NCBI RefSeq assembly: GCF_004010195.1
Contig: NC_057720.1
Location: forward strand, 22,162,243-22,226,242
DNA: 64,000 nucleotides
Direction: 5' to 3'
Source of the DNA: Chiloscyllium plagiosum
Lineage: Eukaryota
Shown: piece by piece, positions 51,390 through 63,368 of the stretch
Layout of the letters: each line of letters begins with the position of its first letter
Numbering within the stretch: the first letter of the stretch is position 1
Notes under the pieces: model-generated
Database searches by the model: none
What the model saw: only the letters and a program-made list of their open reading frames with translations
What the model was told of the DNA's origin: nothing
Program-made: the position numbers and the translations under genes

Positions 51390-51950
51390 ATAGAATCACA
51401 GATGGTTACAGAAGTAAAGGAGGCTATTTGGCCCATCATGTTCATCCTGTCAGAACAGTTCACCTTGTGCTGTTCTCCCGCCTTTGGTCCAGAGACCAGC
51501 AATATCCTTCCTTTTAAGATAATGGTTCTCTTCTAGCTTGAAATTCTCAATTGACTCTGCCTCCAGCAAACTCTCAGGCAGTGCATTCCTGGTCAGAGTC
51601 ATTCGCAATGTAAGAAAAAGTTTTTCTCAATGCCACCATTGTTTGTGTTACCAATTATCTCAAATCTGTGCCATTTGGTTCTTGATCCTTACAGCAGTGG
51701 GATCAGTTATTCTTCATCTACTCTGTTCAGCTCTCTCTTGATTCCTTCTCTTCTTTACCTTCTCATCTTCATGGAGAATAGTCCTAACTTCTCCAATCTT
51801 TCTATATCACTGCAAATTCCTCATCCCTGGAATGATTCTCCTAAATATTTTCTGCCCCTCTTTGATGCCTTCAGATTGTTCCTAAAATGTGGCATCCAGA
51901 ACAGGACACAGTAGTCCAGCTGTGGTTGAATAAATATTTTATACAACATA
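51390..51950 (-). mobile_element. Old CR1 3' fragment
   Basis: atagaatcacaga...ggaggctatttggcccatc UTR and degenerate C-terminal ORF2. Confidence 0.6.
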
Positions 51951-52171
51951 ATCCCTCACTCATTGCCACATTACAGCAATAGATTCTGCACTGGTAATCC
52001 CGTCTACCATCCTTAATTGAATGGGGCACGCAGGGATGGCTGCTTGATTAATGTCTCCTTTAAAGGTGTCCCCCTTGAGTCCTGATGCCACATGTAAGCG
52101 TTCCTACCTTGTATTTCTTTCTGATATTAGCACTGGACCCACAAATTAGGAAACAGTCCATTTTATACATC

Positions 52172-52358
52172 TTGATTAGAGTGGTGCTGGAAAAGCACAA
52201 CAGGTCAGGCAGCATCCGAGGAGCAAGAAGATCGACGTTTCGGGCAAAAGCCAAAGGGTTTTCCTGCTCCTCGGATGCTGCTTGACCTGCTGTGCTTTTC
52301 CAGCACACTCTAATCTATACTCTGATTTCCAGTATCTGCAGTCCTCACTTTTGCCTAG
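52172..52358. mobile_element. Fold-back PLE-terminus element
   Basis: gattagagtggtgctggaaaagcac...cgaggagca is inverted against tgctcctcgg...gtgcttttccagcacactctaatc; the junction falls in hammerhead stem II. Confidence 0.82.
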
Positions 52359-54288
52359 TTGATTTTAATTATCCTATATATCTTGTCAGGGCTTGCAAAT
52401 AATGGTTCTTTCAGATCTTATAAATGTTTTGTTGGGTGTTTTAAGCAGCTTTAGAATTGAAAGGTCCAGAATATGAAGATGCAGAGATTTTTCCAGCCCA
52501 GGAAAAAAACATAGGTTTGTTTTCACATTAATAGAAAGGAGATCCTGTGGTGAATGGGGTAGTGTCCCTGCCTCTGAGCCAGAAGATCTGGTTCAAGTTA
52601 CACTTGTTTAAGTCACACAAGTTCAAGACTTTTTTTTCTTCATTGTTTGAGACTGGCAAATCAGTATTTTTTGCATATCTGCAAATGGTCTTAAACTGAG
52701 TAGCTTGCAAAACTATTTCACAGGTCAGTTTACAGTCAACCACATGGAGTCACATTTAGCCCAGAGCAGAAAAGGATGACAGATTTCCTTCCTTAAAGGA
52801 TGTGAGAGAATGAGATGGTTTTTTTCCAAGAATCAATGATAGTTTGATGGTCACCGTGACCAAGACTAGCTTTCAATTCTAGATTTAGTAATTGAACTGA
52901 AATTCCACAAGCTAATTTATTGGGAATGAAAGCTAATGTCTGAGCTTAAACCAGCCTGCCCATAGTCTTCATGAAACATCTGATCATCATGTTCATGCCA
53001 CATCTGAGAGCTCTAACAAAGAGTCATCTGGACTCGAAACGTTAGCTTGCTCTCTCCACAGATGCTGCCTGAGCCGTTGTGATCTCCAGCAGCTTTTGTT
53101 TCCAGATTAATAACTCCAGTTAACTTAAATCCAAGGAAGGCTCCTTGAAGCCCGCTTCTCTGGAGAAAATTCCTTATATTTGCCGACAACATGGACTGAT
53201 TCCTGTCCTTAAACATCATCCTAATGACTCATCACGGACTTTAATGAAATTCTGTATCACCCTACCTTCAGCCAACTGGACCTGAACTCTCTGGACTCTG
53301 CCAATCATGTGATTAAACATTAACTGGATTTGTGGTTCTCATTATTCTATGTGGTAAACACTTTCCTTCTTTTTAAGCTTGTACATGTGCAACAAGCATT
53401 ATCTAGCTTTTAATGTCTGAATAAGCCATCCTTCTAATGTAACCAGAAAGATAGTTTGTTGCAGCTCATGTTAAAATTGCATGTCATAATTAGAGAATTT
53501 GAGGAAACACGTCACCCTGTTTCAAAAGACAAATAAAAATTAAAATGCCTTTGCTTCAGGACAGGATGTGGGGAGAAAATAAAGTTATTTTATTTTCATT
53601 GTGTCCAGAAGTGAGGTTGTTAAAGGTTGCAGGGATCTAATTTGTACTTTCTATTGGATGAGAGTAATTTACAGGAAAGATTAACATCTACTACTAGACC
53701 GAAATCGTCTCTTTGTCATAATATAATCCTTATTCGTGACTTTACCCCCAGTGTCCCTTACTATACCCCTTACATTGGAACATATCATTTACACCTTATC
53801 CTATGACGTCCATGAATGAACTGTTTAATCATTCCCTTACTTCAATCTTTGCAATCATCATTTCAAAGTCAATCACTGTCTTGCATGACTCTTACCCTAC
53901 CCACCCTGTTTGACATCAGAAACTTAAGTGTACCTGGGGTACAATTAGCCCAGTTACCAAATTGATTCAGCAAGGAAAGATTAAAATCCAAAAGAAAATC
54001 TGTAACAGAAAAGTAATATTGTTGGTATTGGCTACATTTGTAGAGGGCAAACTATTTATTAACAACAAACAGCCAAGGGCAGTCTATCTTGATACTGCTT
54101 ACAGTGCCTCAAAACTGATAAATGAATGGAATTATGCCTTACATTTGCCATGTTTACACTGGCTGCTCTACTGACTTAATACCAAGAATCAAAAGCGTGA
54201 CAATGAACCTCATGCATTACCTAGAAGTGCCATTGCAATCATTCTGAAAAAAAATATTGTTTGACTTCATTGCTTAAGTAAAATGTAC

Positions 54289-54431
54289 CTGCAATAAAGA
54301 GGCACCACAATTCAGAAACTGTAGTCCTGATTCAGCCGAATCGATCCCGCCAGCAGCTAGAACGGGAAATCCTGGGAGAGCCTTACCAATAGCAGATACA
54401 GCTCGTAAAGCAATTGGTCTTATTGCGGTTC
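54289..54431 (-). CDS. DPYD: Dihydropyrimidine dehydrogenase coding exon (equivalent to human exon 19; FMN-binding barrel)
   Basis: 143-nt exon with acceptor ttttctttttag| and donor CAG|gtacat. It translates to (G)[47 protein letters not shown], closely matching human [52 protein letters not shown], with the expected length and phase 1-0. Confidence 0.98.
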
Positions 54432-55159
54432 CTAAAAAGAAAAGTTAGACATTAGCATGAATCTCATTGGATAGAAACAGAATAGTGATAACCTTAAACA
54501 TTTAAAAATTTGGTTTATGATGATCCTCAATATCTTGTTTTCGATCAAACCTATTTTAAATGTATACGCTTCATGCACAAATAACATTTATGTCAATTAG
54601 TATAGGAAAATGTGCAAATAAAATATATATTTAACAAAAAGATTTGATTTACATATGTTTTTAAACCAATATATGCCCTTGCATTTTTCCTACAAGCAAC
54701 CCTATCATATTAATATTCTAAAAAGGATGAAAAAAGGCAGCTACAACAATAATGCTCAGAGAAGTACTCTTAACTTAATTCACACAAAGAATTACATGAT
54801 TTAAATGACTAATTGAGTTCAATACCAGATTATAGTTCCAATAATTCTGCTTCTTAATAAGAATTACAGCCTGTGGTTTCATGTTTCTCAGTATCAACAG
54901 CATAGGGTAGAGAATGATTTCTCAGAGAACAAACAGCAAAATTCTATCATGATTCATTTTAAATTGTTTTGGATGCACATTATGGGGTATCTGTTTCTGT
55001 GGTAGTAATTAAATAATGTAACTTGTTCCACTGCAATCAGCAGTTATCAGTTTTAAGCAAGGTATTCACATATAGAGAAAACATAATCTGAAGGGACAAT
55101 CATCTTATTGCTTTAAGAACACTTCCACTCTTTTCAGATCTTCAAGTGTCCATTTGGGA

Positions 55160-56350
55160 AAGTCAGAGTCAAAATGTGTGGCACTGGAAAGCACAGCAGG
55201 CCAGGCAGCATCTGAGGAGCAGAAGAATCGACATTTTGGGCATAAGCCCTTCATCACGATTGTGGAGGGGGAATGGGGATGAGAGATAAATAGGGGCTGG
55301 GAGTGGGGCTGGGGGGAAAATAGGTTGGAAGGCAATAGGTAGATGCAGGTGGGGATAATTGTGATAGGTTGGTGGGGCGAGTGGAGCAGATATGTGGGAA
55401 GGAAGATGGAGAGGTAGGATAGTTCAAGAGGGCTGTGCCGAGGGTTGAATCTTGTAATGAGGTGGGGGAAGGGGGGATTTGGAACCGAGTGAAGTCGATA
55501 TTGATGCCATGTGGTTGAATGATCCCAAGGCGGGAGATGAGGCATTCTTCCTCCAGTTGGGGAGTGGCTTTGATTTGGCAGTGGAGGAAGTCCCAGATTT
55601 GCACAATTTTGGGGGAGTTGAAATGGTTGGCCACAGGGTGGCGGGATTGTTAGGTGTGTGTGTTCCAGAGATGTTCGCTGAAATGTTCTGCGAGTTGGCG
55701 TCCTGTCTCCCCAATGCAGAGGAGACCACATTGAGAGCAATGGATGCAATAGATGAGATGGGTGGATGCAGGAAAATCTCTGCTGGATGTGAAAAGAACC
55801 TTTGGGGCCTTGGACAGAGATGAGGGGGGGAAGTGTGGGCTCAGGTTTTACACCTCTTGCGGCAGAAAGGGAAGGTGCCGGGTGTGGAGGGTGGGTTAGT
55901 GGGGGTGTGTGGATGTAACAAAGGAGTCGCAGTGCGAATGGTCTCTAATGCAGATAAGGATAGGGAGGGAAGTATATCCTTGCTGGTGGGGTCTGACTAT
56001 AGGTGGCGGAAATGGCAGAGGATAATGTGATGTACTTGGAAATTAGTGGGATAGAAGGTGAGGACCAGGGAAGTTTCATCCTTGTTGTGGTTGGAGGAGT
56101 GGAGTTCAAGGGCAGAGGTGCAGGAAGTGGAGGAGATGTACTGGAGGGCATTGTTGATCACGTAGGAGGGGAAATTGCAGTCTTGCAAATAAGAGGCCAT
56201 CTGGGATGTCCTGGAGTGGAGCTGCTCCTCCTGGGAGCAGATGAGGCATAGGAATTGGGAACAAGGGATTGTGTTTTTAACAGGAGGGGGATGGGAGGAG
56301 GTGTAGTCCAGGTAGCTGTGGGATTTGGTGGGTTTGAAATAAACATCCAT
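55160..56350 (-). mobile_element. Penelope-like element: RT thumb, GIY-YIG and terminus
   Basis: DVYFKPTKSHSYLDYTSSHP...IPCSQFL and ciGETGRQLAEHFSEHL; degenerate hammerhead at ~55226-55258. Confidence 0.88.
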
Positions 56351-56914
56351 GTTGAGATGGTCGCTGGAGATTGGTCAGAATGGTATGAAAGCTGATGAAT
56401 GGTGGATATGCTCTAAATGGAGTGAGTGCAAATTTGCCAAATTTTACCTTGAGATAACTGGCATCCTGAAATGCAGTTAGTATCCCAAAGCTAGGGTAAA
56501 ACCTCATTTTGGGAGAGGTGTGAAAATAAGAATTAAAGACAGAATTGAGGTTTGCTTAATGGGAAAATCATATTGTTGGCTGGCAGATCTTGCCTTGTTT
56601 AATCCAGAATATAGCCACTCTTTTAAGGGGATCTATTAACATTAATGCTTCAGTGTAGGCCTAGGGACTGCACTATTTTTGACCTGTGTAAATGGGCAGA
56701 AGGACCAGAGGCCAAGTTTTTCACTTTCTGTGAAGTAGTGAGAATAATGGTGAACGTGATGACATAACTGATCAAGAGCCCAAAAGTGAGATTCTTGCTG
56801 TCAAGAAATAAAAACTATTGCAATAAATTTATCTCTCCTGAGCTGGCACTATAAGGTGGCAAGAAGCTTACATATCTGTTTTTAAACCTCATTAATTACC
56901 AAAATTACCATAAT

Positions 56915-57415
56915 CACATGCCCAGCTGTCTGTCCTCGGCACGCTGCAGTGCTCCAGCAAATCACAGTCCAAACTGGAGGAACAACATCTCATCTTCAGA
57001 CTTGGCACTTTACAAACTTCAGGACTTAATATTGAGTTCAAAACCTTCAAATTGTGAACCCATTCCTTCCTTTTCTTTTTAGCTCTACATTCTCTGTAAT
57101 CCTCTCTACCCTCCCCCCAGTTCAGTGGGAAGGTCTGTTCTTTCCAATCTGACAATTAGACACACCATTGTTCTGCCCGTCACACATTCTGATCACTTAA
57201 CCGACTTTATCAATATTCTTTCTACCCCAGAACTCCACCCTCCCATCATTGCATAAATGATGTCCTCTCTATACTTCACATCAGCTCTGACGAACAGTCA
57301 TCTTGACTCAAAACATTAGCTTGCTCTCTCTCCACGAATGCTGCCTGACAAGCTATGATCTCCAGCATTGTCTGTTTTTAGCACAGATTGCAGCATCTGC
57401 AGTAATTTGCTCCTA
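56915..57415 (+). mobile_element. PLE 3' fragment with degenerate hammerhead; a related mini copy lies at ~53009-53105
   Basis: KLEEQHLIFRLGTLQTSGLNIEF; agct CTGACGA a cagtc atctt gactc AAAA catt agct. Confidence 0.75.
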
Positions 57416-58498
57416 TGACAATGTTCATTCCCGCTTACTTTTGCCCAACTGAAAAATTCAATGCTGCAAAAACATGACAGTGAAAACTAAATGGGTACCT
57501 GTTGAGTTGGGTTCACAGCCTCCAGTCCAGGTTAATGGCTGTGCTAACTCTTTAGTTCAGGTGGAACCACTACAAGTGCATCAGGTGCTCCATGGTCACT
57601 GGCTGGATGTCTCCCTGTACTATCTTTCTACCCAACTGGGCAACAATAATGCAGCAACATCAAAATATCAGCTTGTATAGGCACAGGCAGCAGTTTCTCT
57701 CCCAGAGTCAACAGATTAGTCAGCAGGAGCAGGCAGTAGCACAATGAGAGCGGGCAAGATATTGTTGGAAATACTGTTCATTGAAGGGAACCATGTGATC
57801 TTTGGGAGTGAGGCAAGCCAAGCCATAGCTTGTTATGGAGAGGGTGTGGTGAAGGTGTGGAGACCTTGAGCATCCCATACTCCAGGCTTAAAAATGGTGC
57901 ATTAATAGTCAGGTGAAGGGGCTCAATCAAAATGGAAAGAGATGAAAGTTTATCAGGAGCACAGGGAGTGCAACACTTTGGGGTACATGAAAACTAGGAC
58001 GCAGATAGTGTATCACAGGCAGTGCCAGTGATAGTCATTCGACACAAATACAAAGTTGGAACCTCCCTTATTGATCCAAAAGTTAACTGTGCAATGCAAT
58101 TTTGATATCACAAAGCAACATTCAAAGCGGGAAAAGTAACTGTTCCTTTTAAAGGTAGTGTAGGAGCTTAGTGCTAGAGTATTGGGGTCTTGTAAAGGAC
58201 AGTTACATTACCATGACTCCAGTGATAAAACAATGTCATATATCTGCCTGAAAATCACAATTAAAATCTCAATGTTCCTCACACTATCTAAATCTGAACT
58301 GCTTTCATGAAGAAATGGTTAAGATTACCTCATCTTGCCAATAGGCCAAGATACACAGTCACAACCATTAAAATTACAATGTCCTCACACATATCTGGGA
58401 AAGCCTGCTAAGACAGAACGACTGAAGTGGGGACAGGAGGAGGAATTGTCTACTGGTAGCTGCTGCAATTCAAGGAAATGCAGACAGTATTTTGAGAT

Positions 58499-59104
58499 TT
58501 TTATGGACCAGGCCAGACCCTCTCACAACATTTGAAGAAGGTAGCCCAGAGCCTAACTTTTCGAGTTGTTTGAAGGTGAATATTCCAGGAGCGACGCAGT
58601 TGGTCAAACCACTCTGTTTTAAACAAAACTGAATTTATTTACACATGAACAAAAGAAAACCGTATTAAGATTAACATAACTATTTAAAAACCCAACTGAC
58701 ACGAAAGCGCAACTTAACAAAGAGCTGTTTCAATTTCCTGCAACAGCCCATAAACACACCCCCTGACAAAAAGGCAAATTCAAACACAGGTTCTTGTAGG
58801 AGAGAGATGTCAGAGAGAGAGAGAGAGAGAGAGATGATCAGCATGGAACTGTTTCTATGGGTCCCCAGCTAAAACTAGCCCAAAACTGGAAAAGCCCCTG
58901 AACGGGGAAAAATGGCCACTCCCCTTTCATTGTACAAGTATTTAAAAAAGATCCTGAAAGCCTTTTCTGATTGTTGACTTGGGCCGCATCTGTTAGCCGT
59001 TATTGAAGTAGCCAGTTCAGACATTTCGGCACCTCTGCCTTTATCTCCCCTCACAAAAAAAAACAAGTACAGAATAACCTTGTTAAAGGAGCAGCATCAT
59101 GACA
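58499..59104 (-). mobile_element. Solo LTR (same family as 61900-62422, opposite orientation)
   Basis: ttatggaccaggccagacc...aggagcagcatcatgaca; the ends match the reverse complement of 61900-62422. Confidence 0.65.
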
Positions 59105-59489
59105 AGTACAATGAGAAATAAGCACAAGGAGGCTCATTAAGGAAATCTTGCTGTGGTAAATGCCTCCTGTGAAGTTAGTGGCAAGAATCTGGAGCTTTGT
59201 GGGAAGGATGTGAGGGGATGAAGTGGCCCTTTACTAAGACTCTGTACTTTCTCTTGAAGTTCTCATGGAGCTGCTGCAACTGGTGACACAATGGCAGCAA
59301 TCAACACAGCTGTCCTTTCTGCAGTGCTGCTCTGCAGGGCACTAGAGCAATGAAACTGACACAGAGAGACAGCAGCTACTGCTGGCATAACAAAAACAGA
59401 AGCCACCACCAGCTGGAACACAGCCTCAAAAGAAAGAGAGAGAGCAGCACTAAAAGCCACCACAGAGGAGGAGATCTCTGACACAGAAG

Positions 59490-59965
59490 GAGCAGATCTG
59501 TAGACTTAGTGCAGCTATCTGCGAATGACTGAAAAGATATCTCAGGATGTCAGGAACCATCATGTCACGCCTCTACCAGCTTCTGAATGAGGGCTTATAA
59601 GGACTGGCACTGGGCAGGAATCTCATCCCTAAAGGTTACAGCTACTCTTCATGTTTTCAGAAATGGGCCATTTGAGAGAGCTATTGGCCCCTCTCTGGTA
59701 TTCCCCAGTCTGTTTGCTCATTGACGCATCTGGGATATCACTGATTTTCTGTTTCTCAGAGCTCATCTATTCATCTTGCTCCCTTTTGATGTGGGGAGTC
59801 AGACAATGAATGCATTAGGACTTTCAACCAACAGTTCCTTCCCACAAGTATAGGATGCAACTGGTTGTTGCCTTCACATAGCAATTAGAGCCCAAAGGAT
59901 TCCACTCCCTTAATATTCAATTAATTTGTGGCGACAACAGAAAAGATATTGCATGTCTGCATTAT
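59490..59965 (+). pseudogene. PIF/Harbinger (HARBI1-like) transposase N-terminal/DDE fragment
   Basis: CSYLRMTE, YLRMSGTIMSRLYQLL, LKVTATLHVFRNGPFERAIGPLSGIPQS, RIWDITDFLFLRAHLFILLP, FPQV*DATGC.HIAIRA and KGFHSLNIQLICG are collinear with HARBI1-type motifs (GxIDCTH, RKGFHSLNVQLVCD). Confidence 0.82.
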
Positions 59966-60269
59966 ATATATGAGTAGCTACCACAATTCGTACATTCTGG
60001 CCATTTACTTGCAGTTTCATCTTAACCGGGGCCAATTTGGAAGAAGCTATATTAATTTAACTGTATCTATTCCTCATCCTCAGGCTGATTAATTTGTGAA
60101 GCCCTGTTTTGAGGTGGATTTGCCTTTGACCTGGACAGTATGTTATACCCGTTTCTGTAGCCTTGTCTGGGGCAAACTCTATGAATGAGTATAGCATGGA
60201 TGTTCTTGCTCCTCATTGTATTGTGGAGAAACATCCTGGAGTCCAGTTCTGGAAGTTTGTGACCTCTGA

Positions 60270-60865
60270 CTTCAGTCACCCTACTTGGTGACAAACAGCA
60301 GCCGTGAGTATTATCCGCTGGAGACTTGGCTCTGCAGTTTCAGAGTCACCCAGAACAATGCCATCTATGGACCCTTGTTTGGTGTTTTTGTGTGAAATGA
60401 CCAGTTCTATGACTTTCTTGAGATCCAGATCTGGTTCAGTCAGTAGCTTCCTTTGAGTCACAATATTATTGATTCCACAAGCTGAGCGATCCCTTAACGT
60501 TTCCTGAAGGGCTGATCTGTACTCTCAGTGTTCCACTAATTCCCACAATCTCATCAGGAATTCAGCAAATGGTTCCCCAAGAAGCCTATATGCCATGTTA
60601 AACCTGTGATGCTGCAATGTAACAGTCTGGGGTCATAGTGGTCTGCTGTTTTACCTATCAGGTTCATCAAAGGATTTTGACTCCCAGGGTTGCTGGGTAG
60701 GTTAAACTGTCTGTGATTTAGGTCAGGGTCCCACAAGTGGTCAGGAGGATGACTGTTTGTCAGTGACCCCCTTCTATCCCTGAAAAGAAGTATCACATTC
60801 TTTCAACATACTGCCACCAATCCTCTGCACCTGCATCATAAGGTTCCAGTTTCCCAAACATTGGC
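60270..60865 (-). mobile_element. Ty3/gypsy gag remnant
   Basis: MFGKLEPYDAGAEDWWQYVERM*YFF and LRDRSACGINNIVTQRKLLTEPDLDLKKVIEL match the vertebrate gypsy gag pattern (W..Y.ER...F; LRDRLVCG...Q..LL.E..L). Confidence 0.75.
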
Positions 60866-61671
60866 AATTTCAGTACTTCCCCAATATAGCTTTACTGGGC
60901 TGTTGAAAGGCAAAACTATACTCTTATTATCAATGTAATAAATCAGCAAGCCCAACAGAAAAGGAACATACAATGGCTAGTGCCAACCCAGGACAGACAG
61001 TTCTGTAGACCCATCCCCGGGGCTCCTTTATTTATTCTTGAGAGAGTCCATTGTCAACATTTTAAATTGATTTAACCTGAAATGTGTATCACACATCTGA
61101 GGCAGTTGGGGCTTGAACCGAGGACAGGTCTGGGTGGGATGCTCTTCAGAAGGTGTGTATGGATTCAATGGGCTGAATGGCCAGCATCCACACTCTAGAG
61201 ATTCTCTGAACGTGAACACGTATTCACGATCAAGCTAATTTTCATAATATGAGTGAACTTCAGCCAAAGAAAACATATGTATTTGAAGCTTGCCCTTTTG
61301 GAAGTCTTGTTCTGTGACAGGATTTAAAGTCCTGCAGAAGCTTAACAAGCAGTCTTTGTGACTTCTGAAATTCAGTAACACCAAACTTTGAAGGAAATCT
61401 ACAAAAACCTAGATATTGCATTGAACAGTCCTTCCATGGTCATTCTGGCTTGAATGTGAAAGGAATGGGTGTCTTCCACTGCTGGTCCTCAGGCAAGAGC
61501 AAATCCTGTTCGCACCACCCTGTACTTCGCTTCAGGGACCCCTGAGCTGTTTTGAGTGACCTACTGAAAACTTCACAAGTGAAGCCCTTGTTCTTAGGCA
61601 GTAGTTAATGTAAATGATATCGTTTGAACAGTCAAATGTGGCAATTTCTGGTAACCCTCAGTTCCCTAGAA

Positions 61672-61778
61672 TGGTGTTATGCTTCACAATTACCTGATGA
61701 AGGAGCAGTGCTCCCAAAGCTAGTGCTTCCAAATAAACCTGTTGGACGATAACCTGGTGTTGTGTGATTATTAACTAA
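61672..61778 (+). mobile_element. PLE mini-insertion with hammerhead (G12 mutated) and 10-bp TSD
   Basis: tac CTGATGA A GGAGC agt GCTCC CAAA GCTA GTG; TSD ttccctagaa at 61662-61671 and 61779-61788. Confidence 0.75.
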
Positions 61779-61899
61779 TTCCCTAGAAATCAGAAGTTTC
61801 AAAGACTGCTGGCTTCTACTGAATGCAAAAGTAATAGATTCTATCACAATGTCAATATTTTAGAAAAAGCAGAAATAAACCAAGGGGAGAATTTAATAC

Positions 61900-62422
61900 T
61901 GTGACCATGCTGTGGCTTAAAAAGATTATTTTGTCCTGTTTTTTAAAAGAGAGATTGAATGAGAGAATTGACTGTAAACAGCTTGTGAGGTCTTGGGTTT
62001 TTTTGTTAAAGTTGGAGCAATGGAGGCAGCCTGGATGAGTGGGGTTAGCTCTCAGAGACCACTTTGTTGGTTTAGCTTTAATTAGTTTTTGTTGTGTGCT
62101 TGAAGAAGTCAAAGCTATCTTCTCCCCTCTCTCAGTTACAGCTAGAAACTGGGGTTTCTCTCTGTAGCTGGGTTACCTGTGACACAAATCAATTTTTCTG
62201 AATTTTCCTTTTGGTCAAGGCGTGTGTTTATGGGATGTTACTGCATTGGAACAGTTAATTAATAATAGTTAGTGTATCTATTGTTTTGTTAAGTTTTCAA
62301 ATGGAGTTAAGTTAGTTTAATTCCTCTTTCTTTGGTTGTATTTTAACTGTAGTTTTTAAATAAATTGAGTTTGATCAATCGTATTGCTCTGGAAGGGATC
62401 TGGTCTGGTCTGGTCCATAACA
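61900..62422 (+). mobile_element. Solo LTR
   Basis: TGTGA...TAACA termini, AATAAA near the 3' end, and near-matching 4-bp flanks (atac/ttac). Confidence 0.65.
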
Positions 62423-62504
62423 TTACCACTCCCAGTTGTGCGTTTGGTGTAGCAGGCATTTAATCATAAGAGAAGGTGACACTGGCTTCCTGCTTCTGCC
62501 TTGA

Positions 62505-62600
62505 CCTGTGTCTGTGTGTGTGTGTGCATGATTATGTGTGTGTCTGTGCTTGTGTGTACATGTGTGTCTGTGTGCATGATTCTGTACATGTGCATTTGTG
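62505..62600. repeat. TG-rich low-complexity repeat
   Basis: Imperfect (TG)n tract. Confidence 0.8.
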
Positions 62601-63129
62601 AGCATGGGGTGCTGAAACTCACCCTCTGCCCTTGCTGCTGGTCCCAGGTGCTCCCAAAACTCATCTGTGGCCTGTGTCCTTTCCTAATCCTGGGCATCGT
62701 GTGGGTTCATTTCTGGTAGCAGCCAATAACTTGCTAATGACGCTGCTGCGCACTGAAAAGCTGCAGGTTTCTGACCTGAAACTTTTGGCGTTTGGACCTC
62801 GTATCTGCTGTTGGTGAGTCTGAACGAGGTGCAGTTCTTCCCGAAGAAAGATGCCTTAAGGCTCTTGCTCACTGAGTGAGAACCCCATCTCCTACTTTGA
62901 ATTCTGACCTGTGTCCAGACCCATATTTCGTTCATTAAAACGATAATTGATGACTTTTCATCTATGGGATTTTACAGAAATTGATTGCTCCCGTACCAAT
63001 ATTTCAGAAGTTTCCATCTAAAAATGTTATTCTGTTTCCACACTGTAAGCAATCTAATCTAATCTTACACCAATCAATCTAAGCAGCATTAATGATTCTT
63101 TTAATTTAATACAAATATTGTTTTATGTA

Positions 63130-63368
63130 AAAACTGAAAGAACTGCGGATGCTGTAAATTAGAAACAAAAACAGAAATTGCTGGAAAAGCTCAGCAGGTC
63201 TGGCAGCATCTGTGAAGAGAAATCAGAGTTAATGTTTTGGGTGCAGAGACTCTTTCTCAGAAGTGTTCTCAGGAAGGGTTACTGCACCCGAAATGTTAAC
63301 TCTGACATCCCTTCACAGGCGCTGCCAGACCTGCTGAGCTTTTCCAGCAATTTCTGTATCTGTTTCAT
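63130..63368. mobile_element. Fold-back PLE-terminus element
   Basis: acagaaattgctggaaaagctcagcaggtctggcagc (63171-63207) is perfectly inverted against gctgccagacctgctgagcttttccagcaatttctgt (63321-63357), with two head-to-head degenerate hammerheads in the centre. Confidence 0.85.

Larger units (their letters stand above)
16242..54288 (-). other. DPYD: DPYD intron between the exon-19 and exon-20 equivalents (~38 kb, GT-AG)
   Basis: GT at 54288-54287 and AG at 16243-16242 on the minus strand; the flanking exons are consecutive in DPYD. Confidence 0.92.

Noticed and set aside
55105..55749. 214-aa Pro-rich ORF
   Set aside because: Off-frame read-through of a Penelope GIY-YIG region and C-rich UTR.
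62617..62900. Minus-strand segment ending in a strong donor AGG|gtgagt, considered as DPYD exon 18
   Set aside because: No frame resembles DPYD exon 18 (GVTATNTVSGLMG...) and no clear acceptor is present; possibly a transposon remnant.
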